Below, in pieces: positions 28,994 to 37,950 of a stretch of DNA of 64,000 bases; positions within the stretch are counted from its first letter, which is position 1, and the number at the start of each line of letters is the position of its first letter. Below the pieces are notes generated by a model. The model did not search any database. It had not been told where the DNA came from and saw only the letters and a list, made by a program, of their open reading frames with translations. The translations under genes and the position numbers were made by a program. The stretch comes from an uncultured delta proteobacterium (GTDB taxonomy: Bacteria; Myxococcota_A; Polyangia; Polyangiales; JAFGIB01), in contig CAVZVA010000010.1 in NCBI GenBank assembly GCA_963778655.1, positions 800,001 to 864,000 on the forward strand. The letters are read 5' to 3'.

Positions 28994-29362
28994 ATGAGTA
29001 GCCCGACCACCTTGCTGCCACACCGAATCTGCGCGGGTTCCTCGATGGCACCGACCGTTCGAATCGGGGAAACGGTGGATGTGGTTGCTTGCAAACGCGG
29101 TCGCCCCGGAGACGCCGTGTTGTTTGTCGGCACTGGCGGCGACTTCGATGTGCTCCACCGCTTCGTGGTCAAGGTGCCATTCGTGCCCTACTTCGTGCAC
29201 CGCGGCGATGCGCTCGAGGCGCGCGTCGGCCTGGCCCGCTGCGATCGCATCATCGGACGTGCACTGCTCGCTCGACGGCCTCCCAGAGTTCGCGACTACT
29301 GTGCCGGGCTCTGGTTGATGGTCCGTACCGCCCTTGCTCGCCTCGTGCGCACGCGGGCTTGA
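28994..29362 (+). CDS. S24/S26 family peptidase (signal-peptidase-like, Ser-His type)
   Basis: GSSMAPT, PGDAVLF, VLHRFV, HRGDA, IIGRA; ORF open from 28901. Confidence 0.8.
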   Translation: MSSPTTLLPHRICAGSSMAPTVRIGETVDVVACKRGRPGDAVLFVGTGGDFDVLHRFVVKVPFVPYFVHRGDALEARVGLARCDRIIGRALLARRPPRVRDYCAGLWLMVRTALARLVRTRA

Positions 29363-29839
29363 TCCATCGCGCCGCCCTCACCACTGCGTGGCGCCACGCC
29401 GAATTCGGTGCCAAGCTCTCACTGCTGCGAATCTGAGTTTCCAACCCAGGACGACCGGATCGCATCGCCTGTGCATGACGGCGAAATCGGCCGCTTGATG
29501 TGCAAGCCGCCGCCGGTGTGCCGGCGCCGTCAGCACCCGAAATAGCTCCGGGCCGGTCTCGTGGTACGCGACGAAGTTGTGGGGGACCGGCCGACTGCCA
29601 GTTTTCGAAGGCGGCAAAGCAGTGCCAGCGGACCGGTGCGATTGCGTCGAGCTCGGCCACGGTGTCAGGCATCAGCTCGCTTGACACGCACAAAGGCCCG
29701 ACCTTGGCCCGACCTTTTCGCGCTTGCGAAGGTGCCGCATCGCAGTGCGGGCGCGAGCATAGAACACTTCCGGCCGCAGAGACTAGCGCGCGGTCCGTTC
29801 GCGCCGGATTCGGTGGGCGGGAGACAAGACTCCCAGCGC

Positions 29840-31315
29840 TCATGCAGGCGTCGCGCCCACGAGACCCATGTCGATCAGCAATTGCAGCGCTGCACGAAGG
29901 TCGGCAGATGACAAGCCCTCCGCTGAGGCGACCTCACGAAGCTCACGCCACCGCGCAGGCCGATCCAGTGTCGTCCAGACCCAGCCCATCAGGGGTTCGA
30001 GCCGGAGTGAATTCTGCCAGACCGGATCGAGAACCCGGCACAGCCCGTCCGCATCAACCGTCGCATCCACGATCCGATAGTAGCGGCGGTCGTCGGCCGC
30101 CGCCGGCGCTTCTGCTGACACCATACACTCGTGCACGGCTCGGTAGGCGAACGTCCCGGCATGCGGCAACCGAAGCGTATCAGACACCGCTCGACTGTCC
30201 GCCCCGGGAAGCTGGATCGCCCGTTGTGCAAAGGCCACGAGTAACGCATCGGCGTCCGGCGCCAGAGTTATTCTGCGCGTGTCTATCGCTTTGCCAACGG
30301 CAGCGCCGACAGCGCGATCGATGAAGCGATAGAGACGCAGTGCGAACGCCGCAATCGAGAAACGCCGTCGGGCCCAACGGCGTGCGTTCCCGCTCAGGCG
30401 TGCGCGCATGCCCGAGTTGTCCAGCAATGCGATCGCCGGCGCCAGAAGCGCGAGCCAGTCGATCCTGCGCTCTCCAGCGATCAAGTAGCTGTCGGCGTAG
30501 AACCCGGTCTCCGCAGGCAGGACCGAGTCTCGGATGCCTCCCCAGCGCGATGCGAGCACGGGCACACCGCACGCCTGCGCCTCCACCGGGCACAGTCCAA
30601 AGTTCTCTTTACGATTGAGCGTGAGGTGCACGAACAGGTCCGCCGCGTTGTAGAGCCCTAATAGCTGTCTCGGCGTGCGGGACCCCGCGAAGCGCACGGC
30701 TTCCGCCATGCCAAGCCTGCGAGCCAGCTCCTCGAGATAGGCCAGCTGCTTTGGTTTGCCGGAGCCGGCGACGACACAAACCGCGTCGCTGCGAACACGC
30801 CGGAGCTCGCACAGCAAGAGCAGCGCGGACTGCACGTTCTTTTGCGGCTCGAGCGAGGATGCGGTCAAGAGCAGCGGTGCGTCTCGAGGGATGTCCAGGG
30901 CGTCACGCGTGGGGGCGCGGAACGCGGCTTCAGGTCGAAAGAACTCGGTATCCACGAACAAGGGCAACCAGACCTTACCGCAGAACCGGTCGCCACCGAA
31001 TCGTGCCACGATGCACGCGTCCGAGCTCGAGCTCAGGGCCAACGTATCGCAAACGCGGAGCAGAGGTACGGTCAGCAGCCAATGACCGGGATCGCCCAGA
31101 GCGCCATGGGCGAAGATCAGTCGGGGAGGCCCACTTGCGGGGGCTTCCTGCAGGCCGCCACAGACTACGAGATCGGCATCAACAGGTTCGACGATCTCAT
31201 AGCGCGACTCCAGCAGCCTTCGGATCACTGCATTCGTGCGCCGAACCGAGTCGGTTTCACTCGTCGGATCCAGGTCGGGCAGCACTAAGCCGAGGCGCGT
31301 CACGCGGGGCCGCAC
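29840..31315 (-). CDS. GT4 family glycosyltransferase with C-terminal PqqD/RRE-like domain
   Basis: VDTEFFRP, QKNV, ENFGLCPVEAQACGVPVLAS; C-terminus RVLDPVWQNSLRLEPLMGWVWTTLDRPARWREL...DLRAALQLLIDMGLV. Confidence 0.85.
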   Translation of the reverse strand: MRPRVTRLGLVLPDLDPTSETDSVRRTNAVIRRLLESRYEIVEPVDADLVVCGGLQEAPASGPPRLIFAHGALGDPGHWLLTVPLLRVCDTLALSSSSDACIVARFGGDRFCGKVWLPLFVDTEFFRPEAAFRAPTRDALDIPRDAPLLLTASSLEPQKNVQSALLLLCELRRVRSDAVCVVAGSGKPKQLAYLEELARRLGMAEAVRFAGSRTPRQLLGLYNAADLFVHLTLNRKENFGLCPVEAQACGVPVLASRWGGIRDSVLPAETGFYADSYLIAGERRIDWLALLAPAIALLDNSGMRARLSGNARRWARRRFSIAAFALRLYRFIDRAVGAAVGKAIDTRRITLAPDADALLVAFAQRAIQLPGADSRAVSDTLRLPHAGTFAYRAVHECMVSAEAPAAADDRRYYRIVDATVDADGLCRVLDPVWQNSLRLEPLMGWVWTTLDRPARWRELREVASAEGLSSADLRAALQLLIDMGLVGATPA

Positions 31316-31431
31316 ACGCCGATCCTTTCCACGTATTTGGCCTGCCGCAACCCCAAGGGGTGTACACCACGCAATTGTCGAGCCTGGCCTGGCCAGCTTT
31401 GCTGGATCGAGTGTACGCTAAGGGCCCAGCT

Positions 31432-32118
31432 GTGTTGATCCGCGAACAGTCATCGCGACGGCACGCGGCGATCGCTCGCACGTTCGGACCGCCGCGCAGC
31501 CCCACACGAGCGCAGCTCGACGTTCCGGCACTTCATGTACCGGTGCGACGAAGGCGTTTCGAAGTCATGGAACGTGTGCTCTTGGAACGCGTTCGGGGAG
31601 ACATATGTGTATTGGACGTCGGCTGCGGAAGCGGTCGCTTTACCGTGCAGCTGGCGGTGCGTAGCGTGGTTGGCATCGACAGAGATCGCCACCGGCTCAG
31701 GCTTGCGCACGAGCACGGAGTACCGTCGATACTTGCGGATGCTCACGCGCTGCCGTTCCGGTCGGCGGCTTTCGATTCCGTTGTCGCATCCGACGGCTCA
31801 TTCTGGTGCCTCGATCAAGATCGGGCTCTATCCGAATGCGCGCGTGTGCTCAGACCTGGCGGCATGCTTGCGGTCCACTACCCGACCGATAAGATTTGGT
31901 CACCGCGTAAGCCATTGGGCTTCGCCAGCGATAGAGGAGTCGATGCAACCAAATCGGGGGTCAGCCTCATCGCTACTGCCCGGAGGAACGGATTCAGGCT
32001 GGAGACCGTACGACTGTGGCGCTGGCTGCGCGTGTACCCCTACCTTCTCGAGATGCCCCGCCTTCCATGGCTCAGATCCTGGAACCATGGAATCTTCGTA
32101 TTCACTCTGGGGAGCTGA
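31432..32118 (+). CDS. Class I SAM-dependent methyltransferase
   Basis: VLDVGCGSG, GIDRD, ADAHALPFRSAAFDSVV, RVLRPGG; start uncertain (GTG 31432 or ATG 31567). Confidence 0.85.
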   Translation: MLIREQSSRRHAAIARTFGPPRSPTRAQLDVPALHVPVRRRRFEVMERVLLERVRGDICVLDVGCGSGRFTVQLAVRSVVGIDRDRHRLRLAHEHGVPSILADAHALPFRSAAFDSVVASDGSFWCLDQDRALSECARVLRPGGMLAVHYPTDKIWSPRKPLGFASDRGVDATKSGVSLIATARRNGFRLETVRLWRWLRVYPYLLEMPRLPWLRSWNHGIFVFTLGS

Positions 32119-32170
32119 TTGTTACGTGTTGAGCTTCTCCAGACGTTGAATGCCCCAGAACGCTTTGTCA

Positions 32171-32565
32171 TCATAAGGCGGCCTCTACGCGGATTGCTCG
32201 CTGGCGCTCCGCGATCAGTGCCTCCATGTCAGCGACCACGCGCTGCGGGTCGCGCTCGGCGAGCGCTGGCGGCAGCGTGTACGGCACTGGCACTTCAGCC
32301 CGGCGCTCACTTGGCGAGCTCACGGTTGACCCAAGCCATGAACCCAGGCAGCTCGCCTGCGGGGTCGGTCAGCACGGCGTGGTAGTGGTTGTCGAGGAAC
32401 CTGCAGGGCATGCATCGACACGCCGTAGACATCGGCGGCGCGGTGGAAGCAATACAGGACGGCCTGCCGGGCCTGGGCCGTGGGCTTGAGCAGGAACTGC
32501 CGCTGCCTGACGCGGCGGGTGACGAGATAGGTGGTCTGAGGCAAGACCTGTCGGGGCAGGGTCAC
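32171..32565 (-). pseudogene. Decayed REP-associated tyrosine (Y1 HUH, RAYT-like) transposase
   Basis: VTLPRQVLPQTTYLVTRRVRQRQFLLKP...; a frameshift gives LDNHYHAVLTDPAGELPGFMAWVNRELAK* (HUH motif); then a C-terminal remnant YTLPPALAERDPQRVVADMEALIAER. Confidence 0.8.
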
Positions 32566-32824
32566 CGAGGCGTCATCAGCCAGCGCAAAAGGACAGTTGC
32601 GTGCTCTTGGCCAGCGATCCTCCTCCGCCGGTTCAACCTGCCGGTTCAACCTGGGACCGGGGGGTGCGGCACGCACTGAAGAGCGATGCGAGAGCGAGCG
32701 GGCCGGATGCGGGGCCTTTGCGAGCGTGCAGCATCGTGGCGCGCCGCGAGGATAGAACGCTTCTGGCCGCTGCGACCAGTGTCCGCGATTGCGCCTTGGT
32801 CGATGCGGTATAAGGGGGGCGCTG

Positions 32825-34444
32825 ATGACCAAGCTTCGGTGCCGGCCTTGGCGTGCGTTCCTTGGGGGAGGCTGCATCCGAGGCACCGCGGGGCGGTCGC
32901 CTCTTGCGCGCGGTGATGAACCACGGCTGCTCGAAGGCGCGCTGGTGCTCTATTCGGCCTACGCGATTTTCTTGGCCTTCGGATCGCCCACCGGCTTTCC
33001 AAGCGCTCTGCATGTCAGGCCGGGCATGCCATTTCTATCGGATAAGCCTCTGGGGGACGATGGCTACTACATGCTCTCGATCGCGTGGAATTCAATCGAT
33101 GCCGGCGCGCTGGTTTATGCGCCGGGCCATCCGACTACGGGGTTGCAGCCTCTTTGTGAGTTGCTCTATATGGGGCTCGCGGGGCTCGTGCGCGTGCTCG
33201 GGGGCGACCGGTGGATGTTCGCGCGGGTCGTGTTGCTCGTGTGTGCGGGCACCCTGCTCTTGCTTGCCCACTTGCTCGGGCGCATTGCCGCGCAGCTCGC
33301 CAAAGCCGACGCCCGGCCCGCGGCCTACACCTGGGGGATCCTGCTTACCGCGTTCAACTTCTATGCGTTCCGAGAGGCAACCTTTGGCGTGGAGACGGGG
33401 CTCTACCTCGCGCTCATCGCCCTTTGCGTGCTTCAGACCGTGCGGTCTGGCGGGTCGTTGCAGGGCGCCGCGGTGTTTGGGTCGCTCTTGGGACTGACAT
33501 GGCTGTGTCGCCTCGACTTCGGGCTGGTGCTTGCCGCCCTATTGTTGCTGACGGTGGTTCGGAAGCCGGACCAGCGCCGGCGTGCGCTGATCACTGGATT
33601 GATCGCGTGCGCGTGGATCCTGCCCTGGCTCCTCTTTGTCCATCATCAAAGCGGCCGTTGGCTTCCCTCGTCTGGTCCCTCTCAGATGGCGTGGATCAAC
33701 GCAACGGACGCGCGGCTGCGCCTTCGTCAAGCAGCGATCGCGCTGCTTTGTTCGTTCGCACCGTGGATCTACGTGCGGCCCGGAGGGCTTGTGGCTCTGG
33801 CCGGCGCCGCCTCGTTCGCATCCATGGCGGTGTGGATCAGGTCTGCGCTCGCGGGGATGTGGTCACGGCCAGCCATGAAGACCCTCATGATGTGGGCGCT
33901 GGCGCTGGTGCCGCTGCTGGTCGTTTACCCGCTGCTGTTCTGGGTCACGCACTTCTACCATCGCTACTTCGCGCCGCTTTTGGTGGTGGCGGTTCCGACC
34001 ATGGCAGTCGGGCTTGCCGCGCAGCTGCGTGGGCGGCGGCGCGCGCTCAGAGTAGCCGCGTATGCGATCATGCCGGCGCTTTTCGCGATCATGATCTTCA
34101 TGAGCTTTCACACCGGTCGCGTGAACAGCGGCCTCACGGTGACCGCCGGCTACGTCTTGCGCCATATCGCTCCGAGCGCCCGAGTGGGGTCGTTTCAGTG
34201 CGGCAGGCTGGGGTATTTTCGTGCGAACGTGGTGAATCTGGATGGAAAGGTCGACGGTCAGGCGCTCGCGTTCCTGGAACGCGGAAGGCTCGACCAGTAC
34301 GTCGATCAGGAGCGTATCGATGTGCTGGTCGACGTCGGGTACCTGTTCACCAAGCACTTCGATCGGCACTGGCTCGCCACGGCGTTTCGTCCCTGCGATG
34401 TACCCATGACCGTTCCCGGATCGCGCTGCTATCAGAGGCGTTGA
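32825..34444 (+). CDS. Polytopic membrane glycosyltransferase, GT-C fold
   Basis: DDGYYMLSIAWN, TTGLQPL, GVETGL, CRLD, RYFAP, NLDGKV; many TM helices; start uncertain. Confidence 0.75.
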   Translation: MTKLRCRPWRAFLGGGCIRGTAGRSPLARGDEPRLLEGALVLYSAYAIFLAFGSPTGFPSALHVRPGMPFLSDKPLGDDGYYMLSIAWNSIDAGALVYAPGHPTTGLQPLCELLYMGLAGLVRVLGGDRWMFARVVLLVCAGTLLLLAHLLGRIAAQLAKADARPAAYTWGILLTAFNFYAFREATFGVETGLYLALIALCVLQTVRSGGSLQGAAVFGSLLGLTWLCRLDFGLVLAALLLLTVVRKPDQRRRALITGLIACAWILPWLLFVHHQSGRWLPSSGPSQMAWINATDARLRLRQAAIALLCSFAPWIYVRPGGLVALAGAASFASMAVWIRSALAGMWSRPAMKTLMMWALALVPLLVVYPLLFWVTHFYHRYFAPLLVVAVPTMAVGLAAQLRGRRRALRVAAYAIMPALFAIMIFMSFHTGRVNSGLTVTAGYVLRHIAPSARVGSFQCGRLGYFRANVVNLDGKVDGQALAFLERGRLDQYVDQERIDVLVDVGYLFTKHFDRHWLATAFRPCDVPMTVPGSRCYQRR

Positions 34445-34577
34445 CAGAGAGAGGCGGCGTGGTTGGATTCTCGGACCGCTTCTGCGAGGCTTGCCCCGCC
34501 ATGGCGGCTTGCTGCATTGGGGCGCGCACCCACGACCGCGGAGGCGCGACCCGATTGCTCGACACCCGGGCGGGCAG

Positions 34578-36113
34578 ATGGTTCTGAGAGACCCGAGTCC
34601 AGAGTATCCGGCTCGCTCGAAGTCTGCCCTGGCGTCCGGGCGGGGCCATGTTGGAAGGCTGCTCGCGCACCCGGCCTTGCCCGCGGCGGTTTGGATCGGC
34701 TGTGCGCTTTGGTTCGCGTGGTCGCGCGTGCCGTACGACGACGAGTGGTTTTCGATCGAGCTCGCCCTTCGGACCGATCCCGCTCACTTCTGGCAGGCGC
34801 TGCAGGGCGACGTGCATCCGCCCTGGCTCGCATGTATCGACCGGTTGCTGGGCGCGCTTTGGCACACTCGCTACCCGCTGAACGCTTTGCGTGTGCTCGC
34901 AGCTGCTGCGGCTTTCGGCATCAGCGCGCCTTGGCTTGGGCGCTGGTTGCGGATTCCCAGCTCTGCGGTCTGGCTGGCGGCCTTTCATCCGGTGGTCTTC
35001 ATGTACGCAGGCGCGGCGCGCTGGTATCCGGTGCTCCTGCTGGCTCATGCGCTGCGTGCCCGGGCGCTCTGGGCCGGCGACAGGCCACTGCTCCGCCACG
35101 CCGGTTTCGTCGCGGGCGCCGTGGTCGGCGCGATCGCCGGGTACCTCGACGCATGGTTTCTTGTCCTCGACTGTGGATGGTGGCTCTGGCTCGCCTTCAG
35201 CGAGGAGCATTCCTCGGCGCGGACCGTTTCGTTCGCGAGCGCGGGTGGCGCGGTGGCGTGCGTGCTTGCCCTGCGCTGGCTTTCGCCGCTTGGCGTGCTC
35301 CACGCGCTCGGCCCGCACATGGTGCAGCCGCGCTGGAGCCCGTTCATTACCTGGGCCGGCTTGGGCGCGGTGGGGGAAGCCGCACCGCCGTGGCCATGGC
35401 TGCTCACCGGCGTGATTGTGCCCATCGTGCTTGCTTGGGCCCTATGGGTCCACCTGCGCGATCCCGCGACGCGCGGGGCTTCCTCCTATCTGTTGACGAC
35501 CTTGCTAGCGTGGACGGCGGCCACGGCGACCGGCGTTTGGCACCCGCGTTACAGTTTGTGGTTGTGGTTCGTGCTGGTTGCGTGCGCGCTGGGCCTGTGG
35601 CGGCGGTCGAAGCTCGAGCGCGCTGGGCTCGTGCTGGCCGGCGCGTATCTGTGCGTTGGACTCGGGCTGACAGTGTCGGGCCGCGACTTCTTCAAAGCAG
35701 ACCTGAACGACCTTTCCGGTGCCGATTGCGCGGTCCTGCAGCACGAGGCCGTTCCCGACCTGGTTGTCGTGCCCTATCCCCGTCTGTCCGAGTTGCTGCG
35801 GCGCCGCTGCAGGCTTCGCGTTCCGCTGCTCCCGATCCGGCTGATCAGAATTGTTCCGGATGAGCGCGAGCAGATGCAACCGCTCGAGGCTGCGCTGCGT
35901 GCCCGCGCGCGTACGGTATGGCTTCTGAGCACCACGGGCGGCTCGTCATACGAAACGACCAACATGCGCGCGCGGCGCGCGCTTTCCCAGCATTGCCGCA
36001 GAGATTCGAGCCTGCCCTTTGGCAGTATTCCGCACCGCATGCTCAAGGATGCCTTGACTCCTGAGCTCCCGCGGACGAGCCGTTTCTTGCTCGAACGCTG
36101 GCGCTGTCCATGA
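34578..36113 (+). CDS. Polytopic membrane glycosyltransferase, GT39/PMT-like (GT-C)
   Basis: YDDEWFS, GDVHPPW, AARWYP, HPRYS; many TM helices; start uncertain. Confidence 0.75.
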   Translation: MVLRDPSPEYPARSKSALASGRGHVGRLLAHPALPAAVWIGCALWFAWSRVPYDDEWFSIELALRTDPAHFWQALQGDVHPPWLACIDRLLGALWHTRYPLNALRVLAAAAAFGISAPWLGRWLRIPSSAVWLAAFHPVVFMYAGAARWYPVLLLAHALRARALWAGDRPLLRHAGFVAGAVVGAIAGYLDAWFLVLDCGWWLWLAFSEEHSSARTVSFASAGGAVACVLALRWLSPLGVLHALGPHMVQPRWSPFITWAGLGAVGEAAPPWPWLLTGVIVPIVLAWALWVHLRDPATRGASSYLLTTLLAWTAATATGVWHPRYSLWLWFVLVACALGLWRRSKLERAGLVLAGAYLCVGLGLTVSGRDFFKADLNDLSGADCAVLQHEAVPDLVVVPYPRLSELLRRRCRLRVPLLPIRLIRIVPDEREQMQPLEAALRARARTVWLLSTTGGSSYETTNMRARRALSQHCRRDSSLPFGSIPHRMLKDALTPELPRTSRFLLERWRCP

Positions 36114-36155
36114 GTGCGGCGCGCTCCAGTGATCGCTGAGCTCGGCAGGCTGCGC

Positions 36156-36239
36156 GGGATGGGGACAGACCGCGATAGCTCGACCCCCGGATGGGGACGG
36201 TCCTCGATAGATCGATTGTCCGGCGAGATGATGCGCTCT
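36156..36239. repeat. ~50-bp junction motif C, copies a (partial) and b
   Basis: GGGATGGGGACAGACCGCGATAGCTCGA followed by GGATGGGGACGGTCCTCGATAGATCGATTGTCCGGCGAGATGATGCGCTCT. Confidence 0.75.
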
Positions 36240-36242
36240 CCT

Positions 36243-36772
36243 CTACGGGCCCGGCCTGGCGTCATCCCGGCAGGAGGTGCCACCGGCGGGGCAGCGGTTC
36301 CTGAAGTCGTAGATCGCGTAGGCACCGAGGCGTTGGCAGCGGGCGCTTGCGATGTGCGGTGGTGGGGTGGGCCAGTGTTGGCTGAAGCCGGGGTGGTGGC
36401 TTTGGGGGCCAGGCGAGAGAATGAGCACGTCCCAGGTGGGATCGACGGGGTGAGGCCAGCGGATGACTTGGTGGCTTTGGGCTTGGATGGCGCCGGCCAC
36501 GCGCGCGGCGTCGAGGTCGTAGGCGAGCTGCGAGGGCGCGCAGGCGCGAACGAGGTCGGTGGCGGGTTGGTAGCGCCTTTGGAGTCGTAAGAGCGCGTGC
36601 GTGCCGAGCGCGGCTGCCGCCACGGAGGCGGCCACGACCCAGGCTGGATGGCGAAAGGGCGAGAGCTTTGCCCAGTCTGGTGCGGTGCTCACGAGCAGCG
36701 CGGCATGTATGGGCAGCACCAGGCGCTGTCCTCCGACCAGGGTCTCGAGCCACGAGGGTGAAGCGTCGTGAT
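36243..36772 (-). pseudogene. 5'-truncated duplicate of the 3' part of the GT-C gene at 37951-39366
   Basis: 36300-36772 matches 38008-38480 with about 8 mismatches counted by eye; the last 19 codons diverge. Confidence 0.9.
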
Positions 36773-36786
36773 GGTCGCAGGACGAA

Positions 36787-36820
36787 ATGGGAACGCGATA
36801 CTTCGATGGTCGCGCTCTAC
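36787..36820. repeat. Junction motif C, internally deleted copy c
   Basis: ATGGGAACGCGATACTTCGATGGTCG-CGCTCTAC. Confidence 0.55.
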
Positions 36821-36859
36821 ATCGTTCTGGCACGAAGCCTGCGCGGCTGCCCGCGGCGG

Positions 36860-37444
36860 TTACGCCAGGAGGTCCTTCACGGCGAAGGTCGTGCCGAGCA
36901 CGATGGAGTCGAAGCTATCGCTCTTACGGTATTGGCGGCCCGCATCGAAGCGGCCTTCGGTTCGCACGAAGACGGTGACCAGGTCGTTCTCGCTGTCCAC
37001 CAGCCAATATTCGAGCACTTCGTTTGCCTCGTAGATGGCCTTCTTCTCACCATGATCACGCGCCCGCGTGCTGGGTGAGAGGATCTCGACCACCAGGTCC
37101 GGGGCGACGCGCAAGAACTCGCCGAACCGTGGTGCGGGCATGGCTTGCCAGCGGGTCGCCGATATGAAGCTGCAATCGGGCTCGACGGTATCGCCAGAGG
37201 CCAGCTCGAAGCCCTGGCTCGAACCGAAAACCTCACCGGATCCGCGCGCCGCCGCCACGTTGCCGATGGCACGAACGATTTGCGCCTCGACTTTGCCGTG
37301 GGGATACCCAGCCGGCGGGTTCATGCGCACCCTCCCATTGAGCAGCTCGTAGTGATTGCCGTCCCAGCTCGGACGCCGCTGCACCCAGGCTGCGAAGGCA
37401 TCCTGCGACAGGGTGGTCGTAGACTCGAAGCTGAGCTCGCGCAC
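36860..37444 (-). CDS. Uma2 family PD-(D/E)XK endonuclease
   Basis: YELLNG...PPAGYPHG, VEPDCSFI, APDLVVEILSPST, KKAIYEANEVLEYWLVD. Confidence 0.92.
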   Translation of the reverse strand: MRELSFESTTTLSQDAFAAWVQRRPSWDGNHYELLNGRVRMNPPAGYPHGKVEAQIVRAIGNVAAARGSGEVFGSSQGFELASGDTVEPDCSFISATRWQAMPAPRFGEFLRVAPDLVVEILSPSTRARDHGEKKAIYEANEVLEYWLVDSENDLVTVFVRTEGRFDAGRQYRKSDSFDSIVLGTTFAVKDLLA

Positions 37445-37539
37445 GTCGACTCGTTTTATAGCACAGCCGGGCCAATCGCACGTTCAGGGGCTGCTGATCT
37501 TGGTGCCCAGAAACGACGCAGGCGTTCGCAATTGTGACG

Positions 37540-37615
37540 CTACGGACCCGCCGTGGCGCCTTCCCAGCATCCCGCCCCGCGCACGGGGCAGCGGCCCCTG
37601 AAGTCGTAGACCGCG
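37540..37615 (-). pseudogene. Third, diverged copy of the extreme 3' end of the GT-C gene
   Basis: Translates AVYDFRGRCPVRGAGCWEGATAGP*, versus AIYDFRDRCPVGGTPCREGARAGL* (full gene) and AIYDFRNRCPAGGTSCRDDARPGP* (copy 2). Confidence 0.8.
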
Positions 37616-37623
37616 AGCCGGAC

Positions 37624-37750
37624 GGGATGGGGACGGACCGCGATAGCTCGATGGTCGGGCGGGATGATGCGCTCTAGCTCGTGACGGCGACCGGTGCTCG
37701 TCATGGTGGTGCGATCAGGGGCACCGTTGGGAAGTAGCTTCGGTAGCGCG
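37624..37750. repeat. Junction motif C copy d plus vapC 3' end; ~125-bp unit repeated at 40201-40325
   Basis: GGACGGACCGCGATAGCTCGATGGTCGGGCGGGATGATGCGCTCTAGCTCGTGACGGCGACCGGTGCTCGTCATGGTGGTGCGATCAGGGGC...CGGTAGCGCG is near-identical in both places. Confidence 0.85.
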
Positions 37751-37890
37751 TCGCGTCGCGGGTCAGGGGTCGGAATCCCGAGATGGCAGCGTGGGCGCCG
37801 ATGTAGAAGTCGGGCAGGGGGGTCTTCCGACCGCCGCCGCGTTTGCGGTAGGCGAGGAACGCCTTGCCGGCGAGGAAGGCGGCCTCGGCT
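37701..37890 (-). pseudogene. C-terminal half of a PIN-domain (VapC) toxin
   Basis: EAAFLAGKAFLAYRKRGGGRKTPLPDFYIGAHAAISGFRPLTRDATRYRSYFPTVPLIAPP*; N-terminal half absent. Confidence 0.85.
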
Positions 37891-37896
37891 TGCACC

Positions 37897-37949
37897 GGAT
37901 GGAGACGGACCGCGGTAGCTCGATGGTCGGGCGAGATGATGCGCTCTAC
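37897..37949. repeat. Junction motif C copy e
   Basis: GGATGGAGACGGACCGCGGTAGCTCGATGGTCGGGCGAGATGATGCGCTCTAC, directly after the GT-C stop codon. Confidence 0.8.
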
Positions 37950-37950
37950 A

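Noticed and set aside
20982..29362. Lasso peptide cluster (YxxP leader, PqqD, HPr-like kinase)
   Set aside because: No asparagine-synthetase-like cyclase or B2 transglutaminase-like protease nearby, and no Thr at -2 of the likely core; the maturase is a radical SAM enzyme.
29250..29843. ORF coupled by ATGA to the GT4 stop, plus an overlapping 79-aa ORF (29378-29617)
   Set aside because: May be a frameshifted relic, but I recognise no domain and it overlaps the peptidase on the other strand; not supportable as a gene.
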